Source of the DNA: Candidatus Poseidoniaceae archaeon
GTDB taxonomy: Archaea > Thermoplasmatota > Poseidoniia > Poseidoniales > Poseidoniaceae
DNA: 32,000 nt
Assembly: GCA_943789275.1 (NCBI GenBank)
Contig: CALSTM010000001.1
Coordinates: 30,001-62,000, forward strand
Reading direction: 5' to 3'
Under the pieces are notes generated by a model. The model was not told the origin of the DNA, made no database searches, and saw only the letters and a list, made by a program, of their open reading frames with translations. Position numbers and translations under genes: made by a program. Shown one piece after another: positions 1-8,976 of the stretch (position 1 is its first letter; each line of letters starts with the position of its first letter).

Positions 1-109
1 GAAGTACCACGACATCACCCGACTTGATCTCAAGGTGGAAAGAGGACAAAACGTTGTTCATGCCACGAGAGACTTCCAAGTCCTCGAGGCGAAGCAATGT
101 TTCTGCCAT
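1..109 (-). CDS. ABC transporter ATP-binding protein, N-terminal fragment (gene continues past the left window edge)
   Basis: Manual minus-strand translation from ATG at 109-107 gives MAETLLRLEDLEVSRGMNNVLSSFHLEIKSGDVVVL. This is the typical lead-in to the Walker A loop of ABC ATPases. At 36 aa it is too short to appear in the ORF track. Confidence 0.5.
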   Translation of the reverse strand, partial: MAETLLRLEDLEVSRGMNNVLSSFHLEIKSGDVVVL

Positions 110-1236
110 GGATGTCCGAGATTGCAGACCGACATCAAACCTCCCATTCATCCTCAAATTCCCAATGGACTCAAATGAGTGGCCTGTCTAGCACTTCCAT
201 GACCACCACGATGTCCTTGTTCGGCACATCCGAATGGTTCTTGCTCAGCGTTTGGTTCATCGTCCTGGTTTGGCCAATTTTTTACGCTCTTCGACACAAA
301 ACCTCTCTTGCTCTTTCCATCACCGTGAGTTTGCTTCTTGGATACCTCATTCAATATTTCTCAACCTTCGCCTTCACGAGGGGCTGGGTCGGAGGATGGC
401 TGTGGTGGGATTTTGTGCTTATTCCAAATCGTGCCCTTGACGTTGCCTGGTTTCACACGTTCTTTTCAGCAGGATTCCTTCACGGCGATGCATTGCACGT
501 CTTAGGAAATATTCTGGTCATCGCATTGGTTGGTGTACCGCTTGAACAACGGTTGGGTTTACGGCGGTTTGCTGCGGTGTATGCCATCGGTTTATTCGGA
601 GGTTCATTCGCTTGGTATGCGTTTAATTCAGCATCAGGAACACCTTCTTTGGGTGCATCAGGTGCGGCGTTTGGACTGTTTGGGGCTTATCTTGCTGGTT
701 GGCCCAAAGACGAAATACCGTTCCCACTCATTTTGATTCGCAAATGGCCAGTGCTTTACATCGCCATGTTTTATTTTGGGATGGAGATTTATCGTGCTTA
801 TGCTACAATGGGACTGAACCAAGCAAGCGATGTTGCGCACATGGCGCATCTTGGAGGCTTTTTAGCAGCCTACATCTTGCTTCCAATCATTGCCAAAAAC
901 GGTCCGTATGCACTTGGAGTGGAAGACGGAGGCCCATCCTCGACAGGCAGCGAACGTTCTCGGCTCAATCAAATCAAAAGTTCAATGGTCGATATGTCGA
1001 GTCTCGTAGACCCTTGGACTTCACGTGGAATTGACATCCCTCGAAATATTCGAGACCCGCTTCGAAGCCTGATGGCATCCTCGGACGAACCGGAAACTCG
1101 TATGGCATGGATGGAGCACCTTGCGGATGCAGCAGAATGCCCAACCTGTGGAGCGAGTCTCGGCATGGTTGAGCGGAAGAACGGTCCACAAATACAGTGT
1201 TCAAAGGAACCTGCGCATTTCCTTTGGCCAGAATAA
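97..1236 (+). CDS. Rhomboid-family intramembrane serine protease with C-terminal zinc-ribbon-like tail
   Basis: Rhomboid signatures occur in the correct order: HVLGN (HxxxN), GASGAAFGLFGAY (GxSG catalytic Ser) and AHLGGFLAAY (catalytic His). There are multiple hydrophobic helices. The soluble tail ends CPTCGASLGMVERKNGPQIQCSKEPAH. The start is uncertain (ATG 97, 112 or 175), because ATG 97 overlaps the divergent ABC gene start at 109. Confidence 0.85.
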   Translation: MFLPWMSEIADRHQTSHSSSNSQWTQMSGLSSTSMTTTMSLFGTSEWFLLSVWFIVLVWPIFYALRHKTSLALSITVSLLLGYLIQYFSTFAFTRGWVGGWLWWDFVLIPNRALDVAWFHTFFSAGFLHGDALHVLGNILVIALVGVPLEQRLGLRRFAAVYAIGLFGGSFAWYAFNSASGTPSLGASGAAFGLFGAYLAGWPKDEIPFPLILIRKWPVLYIAMFYFGMEIYRAYATMGLNQASDVAHMAHLGGFLAAYILLPIIAKNGPYALGVEDGGPSSTGSERSRLNQIKSSMVDMSSLVDPWTSRGIDIPRNIRDPLRSLMASSDEPETRMAWMEHLADAAECPTCGASLGMVERKNGPQIQCSKEPAHFLWPE

Positions 1237-1243
1237 CGGCACT

Positions 1244-1273
1244 CTCCCCAAGCCCCCTTAGGGGGCTGGGGAG
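1244..1273 (+). repeat. GC-rich inverted repeat (hairpin) between the rhomboid and subtilase genes; possible terminator or attenuator
   Basis: CTCCCCAAGCCCCC-tta-GGGGGCTGGGGAG is a near-perfect 13-14 bp stem with one bulged base. It starts 8 nt after the rhomboid stop, and its 3' arm overlaps the GGGGAG SD-like box upstream of ATG 1281. No T-tract follows. Confidence 0.3.
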
Positions 1274-1280
1274 TGGACAG

Positions 1281-4200
1281 ATGAAGGATAGGCTCAAAGG
1301 CGTGATGTTTGTGCATAAGTCGGAAGTGAGCAATTTGCAACAGTCAATGTCATGGAAATCGCGCCGCATTTCTTTCTTATTGGTTCTGATTTTTTTGGTT
1401 GCTGACCTCGGCGTTTTAGCCAATGAATCAGAACCAACCGTATTCCTTGAAGAGGCTTCTGCGTATTCAGAGCCTATTCTGGTCGACGGTTTACCGCCAT
1501 TGATGTGCGGTGAAGAGTTGTGCCTGCGACCGATTCGAGACATTGACCGCGACGGTCGTTTCTCAGCTGAAGCAGACCAGTGGTGGCAATCCTACGGCCC
1601 CGATTTGGATTGGAACGGGATGGACGACCGCCTTCAACGGGTGCTTGCCGGCTCCGAATCCGTATCGCCAACCGCAGTTATTGGGCCTGATGGTCGTAAA
1701 ACCGTAGCCATTGTTGTCGATTATGCATGGCGGGCAAACGATGCTGAAATAGAGACGTTACGTTCTGTTCTCGATGCCCATGGATGGGTCGGTGAAGACG
1801 GTGGAGCTTGGTTCCAACAACTCGAGGACATTGATTCAGTTGCCATTGACAAGGTGCCAGTATCGGCCCTCATGGACCTTTATTCTCTTCACGGTGTCGT
1901 GGTTATCGAAATGCAAAACGTCATGATTCCATCCAATGATGTTGCCTCCAAGGCGGCCCGTGCACGCCCTTCAGACGTCTATTCAGCAACCGCTTATGAG
2001 CGAGATTACATCGGAAACGGAATTGTTGTTGCGGTCCTTGACACCGGTGTTGACAATGAACACGAATCCTTGAACGATTTCGACGATGAAAACGACGCTC
2101 CTGATGAAGACCCACTCTCCTACAACGACCACAAGTGGGTCGCTGGATACGATGCAACTTCCTCAGCATCCAGCATCGATGGCACCCAAGACCCCGATGA
2201 TGGAAACGGGCATGGCACACACGTTGCCGGCTCAGCAATCGGTACCGGTGACAGCAGTCGAATTCACATGGGTACGGCTCCCGGCTCGTATCTTGTGGAC
2301 ATCAAAGTCTTGACCGACTCCGGTGGTACCAACTCTCAAGCATCCCTCAACGGCATTCAATGGTTGATTAACAATCAAAACACGGACTGGGGTCACAATT
2401 CTTCGACTCGCGGAATCCAAGTTGCTTCGATGTCGTTTGGTTCCGCCTCTACTCCTCTGAATCCTGGTGATCAAGGAGACAACGGCAGTGGTTCCGAGGC
2501 CCGCCTGGTGAACGATGCAGTCAATGCCTCAATCGTTTGTGTTATTGCCATGGGTAACGATGGTTCGAACCGAGTTCCTTCGCCGGCAAGCGCTGACAAA
2601 GCAATCTCGGTCGGAGCTGCAACGGACCGTGGTACCATCAATCGAACCAATGATAACGTCGCAGATTATTCCAACACCGGTCCACGGCTTGATGATAGCG
2701 ACGATGACCAGTGGGATGAACTCAAACCAGACATCACCGCCTTCGGCTCCGGCATCATGTCAGCAACTGCTCAAACCGGTGCAACGTTCCCAGGCCAACC
2801 AGCAAAACCCTTGGCCGGCTCGGACTACGATGAGAAAGACGGCACAAGCATGGCGACTCCCATCGCATCGGGAATCGTTGCACTGATGTTGCAAGCAGAC
2901 CCTTCTCTTGAACCCCAGGAAATCAAAGATATCCTCCGCAACTCGTCAGAAGCACGAGGTTCGGCAAGTGAGCCAAGCGTTTCAGATCGATGGAACGATG
3001 AATGGGGCTTCGGTCTTATCGACGCATCATGCGCTATCGATACGGTACTGAACAAGGCCTGTACACCTCTTGAAGGCGGTGGTGGCGTCATTGACCCACC
3101 TCCGGCTGGAAACGGCACCAGTTTCGATACACAAATGTCGAAACCATCCAACGGTACATGGTGGATTGAGGGTGATTTTGCCCGCATCGCTGGAATCACC
3201 GCCGATAATCAGGACGGTGACGATTACACAAAGGTGCAAGTTCGAATTGAACAATATCTTGAATCGGGTACAGTTCGTGAACTCCAAAATTGGGTCGACG
3301 CAGGTGGCGACGTGTCCTCATGGTATCTGGATGTCTCGGTGAAAGACAGTTGGGTTCGTCAAGACGAAGACTATGTTTTGGTTTTGGCACGAGCAATCAA
3401 CGATGAAGGTGAAGAATCTGCAATTGATGCGCGTTGGATTAACATCGCTCGAATGGCTGTGACGATTGCTGGGCCTGCAATTGGCACCGCGCTTCAAGGT
3501 ACAGTCGAGTTCAGCGGAACTGTAGATGGTGTTGAGCACGATGTTTTGGAATACAAAGTCGATAACGGTGATTGGCTGGTCGGAGAAGAGCTCAATTCTG
3601 TGGATACAGGTTCGCAAGACTGGTCGTTCTCTTGGAACTCAAACTCAGTCGATGATGGCTCACACCGTCTTAACTTCCGAATGGTAAACAAAAGCGGGGT
3701 CAAGACCGATGAAGTTCGACGTACTTATACCGTTGATAATCAGCCAGCAGCCCCAGATTTCCAATTCCAAGGCAGCGTCGAAATTATGGATCAAGACCTT
3801 CCAGTGTTTTCAGCGGTAGCCGGAACCGTTCTCGAAGTTGACTTCACGGTTTTGAATGCGGGCGACCTTGATGCAAACGATGTTTTCATTCAACTCAGTG
3901 CTGTTGGAAGCCAATCTGAAACATATCCTCGAGAATATCGGATTTCCACGCTTGCGGAGGGTGAAAGCCAGCAAGTCACCCTGTACTGGTGGGCGACTCA
4001 AGCCGGTACACAAGATGTCACGATTACGATTGACCCGAACAACCAACAAGGCGACCCTACCCCTTCCAACAATGTTTACACCTTTTCCTTTGAAGTTGAA
4101 GAACGGCCCGTTGAAGCAATGCTCCGATTCCTTCCGGGTTCGGTCACAACCGACCCTCGTATTCCTCTCCCCAACACTCCTTTTGATATCGATGTTCGAA

Positions 4201-6299
4201 TTGATAACCTCGGTCAAACCGAAGCGACTCAGTTGAACGTACGCCTTGAACGCTGGACTTCCAGCGGATGGGATCAAATTGCTACCGATGAAATAAGTTT
4301 CATCGTTGGTTCTGAAACCGATTCAGGGAATGCCTTTGCTGAGTTTTCAGAAGTTGGACATGATATAGGTTCTGTGAAGTACCGTGTCTTGCTTGAGGGT
4401 AACGGGGTAGAGCCAGAGTTCAGTGACCACCGTTTTACTGTCGTTGTTGATGATGCCATCTTAGGCTCTCAGGTAAGCATCTCTCTTGCTCAAGGCGAAG
4501 TCCCGATTGATTTCATTGGAATGGAGGAAGGCGGCTTGTTGTTCACCACCCGTGACGGCGAACTCCATGTCCGTTCCATAACCGCTTCGATGGTCATGCA
4601 GGCTGATGTGATGCTTGAAGAAAAGTGGGGTGGCGAATTAGCGACGACCCTCCGTGAAGACGGTTTGGTTCACGCAGTTTGGAATCGAAAAACAATCAGT
4701 CCAGACGGTTACACGCTCACGGACTTATCCTTGACGTCCTTGACTCGACTGGCTGAAACGACACCAACTGTTCATCTCATGCCAGCCATCAAACTCTCAG
4801 AGGGCTCGTATTGGGGGCTGGCACTCGCAGAGTATGACGGAGACATGGTTCTTGCAGGTTATCACCGAGACATTTCCACTGGTGGTTCTTGGCAAGACAT
4901 CACCTCCATTTTCACGATTGTTTCCTCCAACCCAGACAGTACCTCTTCATGGAATTCCCCGAGTATTGTACTTTCCGATATCGATATTCGCCCTTCACAA
5001 GGTGATCAGTTGGCCATCGGTTTGGGCGAGGAAAACATGCACATCCTGTACCAAGAACTTCGAGATGATGTGACAGGCATTGACCGTGTAGGTCTGATGT
5101 ACACACACGGAGACCCTTCACTTACTTCATGGGGATTCCAATCTTCCATTGGAGATGAGGCACAAAATGCTCGATTGGTCGTTCTAACCAACGGCAGCGA
5201 TGATGTCCTTGTGGCATCATGGATTGAAGGACGCGGCAAGAGTGCAGCCGTTGCACACGTGGTGACCGACAATTCATGGTCGGATGATGCCGTTCGCATC
5301 AATGCCCCCGGTGTTCAAAACATTGAATTGAACCCAACATCGGATGGAGTACAAATTTACTACGATGAAATCAATATTTATGGTCCAGTCACTCGTTATG
5401 GCCTACTTTCAGATTCCTCGAACGGTCAATCGATGGCTCTATCCAACATTCTCACTGAAGGATTCTTGGAAGGTCAAGCTGGGCTTGAGTTTGACGGAAT
5501 AATGCTGCTTTCAAGCGCCAGTGGTTCTCTCAAAATGCGAACAGTTGCCGATATCACCAACAACAACAACAATCAGGAAGAAGGGGATTCGGGTATTTTA
5601 GATACTGTTCTTGCACCACTTCCAGGCTCCAAGGACACTCAAATCTTGATTCTGAGCGTAACTTCAACACTGTTTTTCATCTTCCTCGGAATCATCATTG
5701 TCTCTGTTCGGTCGTCTCGCAAGGAAGAAGAATTGTTCGCTGTACTCGAAACCGATGAAGAAGGTTCTGATGCCCTTGAGTTGCTGATTGCACCGGTCGG
5801 AGACGAAGGTCCGCTGTTGGCAATTGATACCGAAGCGGAAGACTTAGTTGTGGAAATGGCTGCTCCAATGACCGTTGTTCTGGATGAGCCCAGTTTGGCG
5901 GATACGCTTGAAGCCAAGAATGAGGCCGGGTCGGGTAATTCTCGACTTGATCGTCGCATGAAACGCAAACAGCAACGAGAATTTTCTGAGATGACTCAAA
6001 AACTGCCTCTCCCCCCGCTTCCAGGAATTCCACCCGTTGCACTGCCATCGCCTGCAGAACTGCCGGCAACGGTTGTAGCAGAACTCGACGATACCCAAGG
6101 GCCACTACTGCCCGCGTTGGATGGTACGCTTCCTTCTTTGCCCGGAATGCCTCCTTTGCCCGGAATGCCTCCTTTACCAATGATTGCACCTCCTCAACGA
6201 GACGTGACTTGCGATGAATGTCAGGCTAAGTTTACCGTCAAAGACATGACGTTGTCTCGAGTGAAGTGTCCGATTTGTTCGGCGAATGTACAATTGTGA
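1281..6299 (+). CDS. Giant membrane-anchored subtilisin-like (S8) serine protease with CARDB-like region, C-terminal TM helix, proline-rich tail and terminal zinc ribbon
   Basis: Subtilase catalytic motifs: VAVLDTGVD (Asp), HGTHVAGS (His), AMGNDGS (Asn) and GTSMATPIASG (Ser). A CARDB-like segment runs VDFTVLNAGDLDAND...PSNN. The N-terminus is signal-like (MSWKSRRISFLLVLIFLVADLGVLA). A single TM helix (ILILSVTSTLFFIFLGIIIVSV, about 5641-5710) is followed by RSSRKEEE. The tail carries PLPPLPGIPP...LPGMPPLPGMPPLP and ends CDECQAKFTVKDMTLSRVKCPICS (CxxC-x17-CxxC). The track ORF start at 1197 overlaps the rhomboid gene. ATG 1281 has an SD-like GGGGAG 8 nt upstream; ATG 1347 is an alternative. Confidence 0.9.
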   Translation: MKDRLKGVMFVHKSEVSNLQQSMSWKSRRISFLLVLIFLVADLGVLANESEPTVFLEEASAYSEPILVDGLPPLMCGEELCLRPIRDIDRDGRFSAEADQWWQSYGPDLDWNGMDDRLQRVLAGSESVSPTAVIGPDGRKTVAIVVDYAWRANDAEIETLRSVLDAHGWVGEDGGAWFQQLEDIDSVAIDKVPVSALMDLYSLHGVVVIEMQNVMIPSNDVASKAARARPSDVYSATAYERDYIGNGIVVAVLDTGVDNEHESLNDFDDENDAPDEDPLSYNDHKWVAGYDATSSASSIDGTQDPDDGNGHGTHVAGSAIGTGDSSRIHMGTAPGSYLVDIKVLTDSGGTNSQASLNGIQWLINNQNTDWGHNSSTRGIQVASMSFGSASTPLNPGDQGDNGSGSEARLVNDAVNASIVCVIAMGNDGSNRVPSPASADKAISVGAATDRGTINRTNDNVADYSNTGPRLDDSDDDQWDELKPDITAFGSGIMSATAQTGATFPGQPAKPLAGSDYDEKDGTSMATPIASGIVALMLQADPSLEPQEIKDILRNSSEARGSASEPSVSDRWNDEWGFGLIDASCAIDTVLNKACTPLEGGGGVIDPPPAGNGTSFDTQMSKPSNGTWWIEGDFARIAGITADNQDGDDYTKVQVRIEQYLESGTVRELQNWVDAGGDVSSWYLDVSVKDSWVRQDEDYVLVLARAINDEGEESAIDARWINIARMAVTIAGPAIGTALQGTVEFSGTVDGVEHDVLEYKVDNGDWLVGEELNSVDTGSQDWSFSWNSNSVDDGSHRLNFRMVNKSGVKTDEVRRTYTVDNQPAAPDFQFQGSVEIMDQDLPVFSAVAGTVLEVDFTVLNAGDLDANDVFIQLSAVGSQSETYPREYRISTLAEGESQQVTLYWWATQAGTQDVTITIDPNNQQGDPTPSNNVYTFSFEVEERPVEAMLRFLPGSVTTDPRIPLPNTPFDIDVRIDNLGQTEATQLNVRLERWTSSGWDQIATDEISFIVGSETDSGNAFAEFSEVGHDIGSVKYRVLLEGNGVEPEFSDHRFTVVVDDAILGSQVSISLAQGEVPIDFIGMEEGGLLFTTRDGELHVRSITASMVMQADVMLEEKWGGELATTLREDGLVHAVWNRKTISPDGYTLTDLSLTSLTRLAETTPTVHLMPAIKLSEGSYWGLALAEYDGDMVLAGYHRDISTGGSWQDITSIFTIVSSNPDSTSSWNSPSIVLSDIDIRPSQGDQLAIGLGEENMHILYQELRDDVTGIDRVGLMYTHGDPSLTSWGFQSSIGDEAQNARLVVLTNGSDDVLVASWIEGRGKSAAVAHVVTDNSWSDDAVRINAPGVQNIELNPTSDGVQIYYDEINIYGPVTRYGLLSDSSNGQSMALSNILTEGFLEGQAGLEFDGIMLLSSASGSLKMRTVADITNNNNNQEEGDSGILDTVLAPLPGSKDTQILILSVTSTLFFIFLGIIIVSVRSSRKEEELFAVLETDEEGSDALELLIAPVGDEGPLLAIDTEAEDLVVEMAAPMTVVLDEPSLADTLEAKNEAGSGNSRLDRRMKRKQQREFSEMTQKLPLPPLPGIPPVALPSPAELPATVVAELDDTQGPLLPALDGTLPSLPGMPPLPGMPPLPMIAPPQRDVTCDECQAKFTVKDMTLSRVKCPICSANVQL
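6137..6172 (+). repeat. Perfect 18-bp tandem duplication inside the subtilase tail
   Basis: TTTGCCCGGAATGCCTCC occurs twice back to back (6137-6154 and 6155-6172). It encodes LPGMPP twice and is in frame. Confidence 0.9.
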
Positions 6300-6308
6300 G
6301 GCTTCGTT

Positions 6309-8129
6309 ATGTGTGGAATTTTTGGTTATCTTGGTCCACGTCAGGCATCAACAATTCTTCTGGATGGATTGCGTAGGCTCGAATACCGAGGGTACGACTC
6401 CACCGGTATTGCCGTCAAAAATGGCGGAATCCAAATTCATAAGAAAGTAGGAAAGGTCGGAGATCTTGAACAGATTTTACCGAATGAAATACCCGGTACA
6501 CAAGGCATTGCGCATACTCGATGGGCCACCCATGGAGGCGTTACAGATGCCAATGCACACCCACATGAATCCGCTCAGCGAAAAGTGGTTATCGTCCATA
6601 ACGGAATTATCGAAAATACACGGCAATTGCGCGCTTCGTTGACCGTTCAAGGTGTGGAACTGCAAAGCGACACCGATTCTGAGGCGCTTGCTCACATTAT
6701 CGAGCGCGAACTCAGTGTCGATAACGACCCAGAGAATGCCGTACGCAGAACCTTGCATCAAGCGCGTGGAACTTGGGGCCTGTGTGCGCTGTTTTTGGAG
6801 CACGACGTCATCGTTTGCGCTCGAAACGGTTCACCTCTCATCATTGGACAAGGCGATGATGAAATGTTTGTCTCCAGTGACCCCCATGCGTTGACGCCTT
6901 ACACGCAACGCGTGGTTTTTCTTGAAGACGGCGAAATGGCAACCCTTACTCCAAACTCGATGTCACTCTCAACGCTCAAAGGCAAAAATTTCGATGCCAG
7001 TATCACGGTTTTGGAGGACGGATGGGGTGATTCAGAACTCGGTGATTACCCTCATTTCATGCTCAAGGAGATTTACGAACAACCAGACGCATTACGTCAT
7101 TGCATCAGTGGGCGGCTTGACCGAGTACGTGGTAACGGGCGTCTTGGTGGCCTCAAACTTGAACCTCGAGATTTAGCCAATATTCCTCATGTGAGGTTAT
7201 TGGGCTGCGGTACTGCATACAACGCAGCAGAAATTGGCCAAATGATGATTGAAAAGATGGCACGAATCCCAGCAGTTGCTCACATCTCCAGTGAATTCCG
7301 TCATAACGACCCCGTGATTAATCCGAACGCTCTGCACTTTGCAGTCACTCAATCGGGTGAAACCGCAGACACGCTGTCTGCAGTCAAAGAAATACAACTC
7401 AAGGGTGGAAGTGTCTATGGCGTGGTCAATGTGGTTGGTTCTTCCATCGCCCGTGAATGCGGAAAAGGCGTCTACATTCATTCTGGGCCTGAGCAAGCAG
7501 TCGCATCAACCAAGGCTTTCTCCAATATGGTAGCTGCTCTTTCGATGTTTGCTCTGCAAGTTGGTCGTTCAAGAGCGACCAGTAAGGAACAAGGTCGCGA
7601 AATAATCAACGGCCTTCAGGAGATTCCACACCTGATTGAGGAATACTTGGAAAACCAAGGTCCTATTCTTGAAGCGGTTGAGATGATTAAAGACGCGAAA
7701 AGTGTACTTTTCCTTGGTCGAGGCATATCAGCACCTGTAGCCAAAGAAGGTGCACTGAAATTGATGGAAATCGCCTACATCCCATGTTTGGCCTATCCAG
7801 CGGGTGAAATGAAGCACGGACCAATCGCTCTGCTTGAGGAAGGCAGCCCCGTTGTGTTCATTGCACCAAACGACCACGTCAAAATAAAGACAATTTCAGC
7901 AATCCATGAGTGCCGGGCTCGAGGCGCTAAAATCATTCTCATACACGAAGAAGGAGACGATATTGTCGAAGAAGCAGACATCAGCATTCCAGTGCCTCGA
8001 GTTCACCCGATGCTCTCGCCGTTGCTTACTGTGATTCCAATGCAACTGATTGCTTACCATACTGCTCTTGCACGAGATTGTGACGTTGACCGACCTCGCA
8101 ATCTTGCGAAGTCTGTAACCGTTGAGTGA
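6309..8129 (+). CDS. glmS: Glutamine--fructose-6-phosphate aminotransferase (isomerizing)
   Basis: The N-terminus is MCGIFGY, with the nucleophile Cys2 of class-II amidotransferases. Two SIS-type halves follow, and the protein ends with the characteristic AKSVTVE. Length is 606 aa. Confidence 0.95.
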   Translation: MCGIFGYLGPRQASTILLDGLRRLEYRGYDSTGIAVKNGGIQIHKKVGKVGDLEQILPNEIPGTQGIAHTRWATHGGVTDANAHPHESAQRKVVIVHNGIIENTRQLRASLTVQGVELQSDTDSEALAHIIERELSVDNDPENAVRRTLHQARGTWGLCALFLEHDVIVCARNGSPLIIGQGDDEMFVSSDPHALTPYTQRVVFLEDGEMATLTPNSMSLSTLKGKNFDASITVLEDGWGDSELGDYPHFMLKEIYEQPDALRHCISGRLDRVRGNGRLGGLKLEPRDLANIPHVRLLGCGTAYNAAEIGQMMIEKMARIPAVAHISSEFRHNDPVINPNALHFAVTQSGETADTLSAVKEIQLKGGSVYGVVNVVGSSIARECGKGVYIHSGPEQAVASTKAFSNMVAALSMFALQVGRSRATSKEQGREIINGLQEIPHLIEEYLENQGPILEAVEMIKDAKSVLFLGRGISAPVAKEGALKLMEIAYIPCLAYPAGEMKHGPIALLEEGSPVVFIAPNDHVKIKTISAIHECRARGAKIILIHEEGDDIVEEADISIPVPRVHPMLSPLLTVIPMQLIAYHTALARDCDVDRPRNLAKSVTVE

Positions 8130-8133
8130 AGTT

Positions 8134-8910
8134 TCAAAGAATTGAGAATCGCTGTTCTTCTTCTTTCCAGTTGAATGGCTTGTATCCAAGTCGATGATTT
8201 GTATGTCGCATTTTGACAACACCGAGTTTTCGAGCGACGTCATCACCGGACCGCTCCATGACCAAATGTACGACGCCGTCAGCCAAGTAATCTTCAACTC
8301 CATATTCACCGAATTGCTTGTGATCATCACCGGTCATCTCACAGATAAAGAAGGAGGTTAGTCCAAGGCGTCGAACTGCTTCAAACAGTCTGAATATTTC
8401 ATCACGAGGATTTTCCATCTTTGTCAGAGTAAAGAATGCACCAAGCGAGTCGAACACGAGCAGCTCGAATCCAATTGATTCTCGGTACGAAGTCAGTTGC
8501 TTGATGAGTTGACCCATCCAATCGACGCGGTTGCTCATTCCTTGTTCATCGAGTTGAACACGCAAGTCGGATAAGTCAATAATCGCTATTCTGTTGCTAA
8601 CACGCTTGTCTTCGATGTTCATGCCCATGTTGGACATGTGTGAGCGAAGCGAATCCTTTCCTTGTTCGAGCGTGACGTAGATCCCGCTGGTTTCACCGTA
8701 CAATACGGCGTTGTAAAGCATGGAAAACGTGAGGCTGGATTTCATTGCACCGGATGCGCCTGCAACAATACAGATGTGGCCTTCGGGAATTCCACCTTGC
8801 ATATTTTCGTCTAATCCTTCAATATGTGTTGGGATTCTTGCAATCTCGCTCATGTCTGCACCGGTTGGTGGTATACCGTATGACTCTTCAACCTCACCCC
8901 TTGATTCCAT
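8134..8910 (-). CDS. KaiC/RecA-superfamily single-domain ATPase (KaiC-like, COG0467-type)
   Basis: RIPTHIEGLDENMQGGIPEGHICIVAGASGAMKSS matches the KaiC-like lead-in plus P-loop. ELLVFDSLGAFF is a Walker B-like hhhhD motif. The upper part of the track ORF (to 9261) overlaps maf on the other strand and looks non-coding. The start is taken at ATG 8910; ATG 8853 is also possible. Confidence 0.7.
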   Translation of the reverse strand: MESRGEVEESYGIPPTGADMSEIARIPTHIEGLDENMQGGIPEGHICIVAGASGAMKSSLTFSMLYNAVLYGETSGIYVTLEQGKDSLRSHMSNMGMNIEDKRVSNRIAIIDLSDLRVQLDEQGMSNRVDWMGQLIKQLTSYRESIGFELLVFDSLGAFFTLTKMENPRDEIFRLFEAVRRLGLTSFFICEMTGDDHKQFGEYGVEDYLADGVVHLVMERSGDDVARKLGVVKMRHTNHRLGYKPFNWKEEEQRFSIL

Positions 8911-8976
8911 GAAGGTGATGCAATGAAGTGCAAAAACCCAAAGGCATCCCTTCATGTGGTTTGGGTGGGGAGTTCC

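Noticed and set aside
974-1543. 189-aa and 123-aa antisense ORFs spanning the rhomboid/subtilase junction
   Set aside because: They lie opposite two genes with strong family signatures. They have no recognisable motifs and an Arg/Ser-rich composition typical of antisense frames.
5559-5573. (AAC)4-AAT codon run giving NNNNN in the subtilase
   Set aside because: This is a short in-frame trinucleotide run within a low-complexity linker just before the TM helix. It is too short to treat as a meaningful microsatellite or contingency locus.
5639-6189. Antisense ORFs (109, 164 and 84 aa) opposite the subtilase tail
   Set aside because: They are shadow ORFs on the opposite strand of a low-complexity, stop-poor proline/acidic coding region, and they lack motifs.
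8134-8910. KaiC-like ATPase considered as part of a defence or mobile-element module
   Set aside because: There is no adjacent nuclease, helicase, methyltransferase, toxin-like gene, integrase or tRNA gene. The neighbours are core genes (glmS, maf). Nothing in the sequence supports a defence role.
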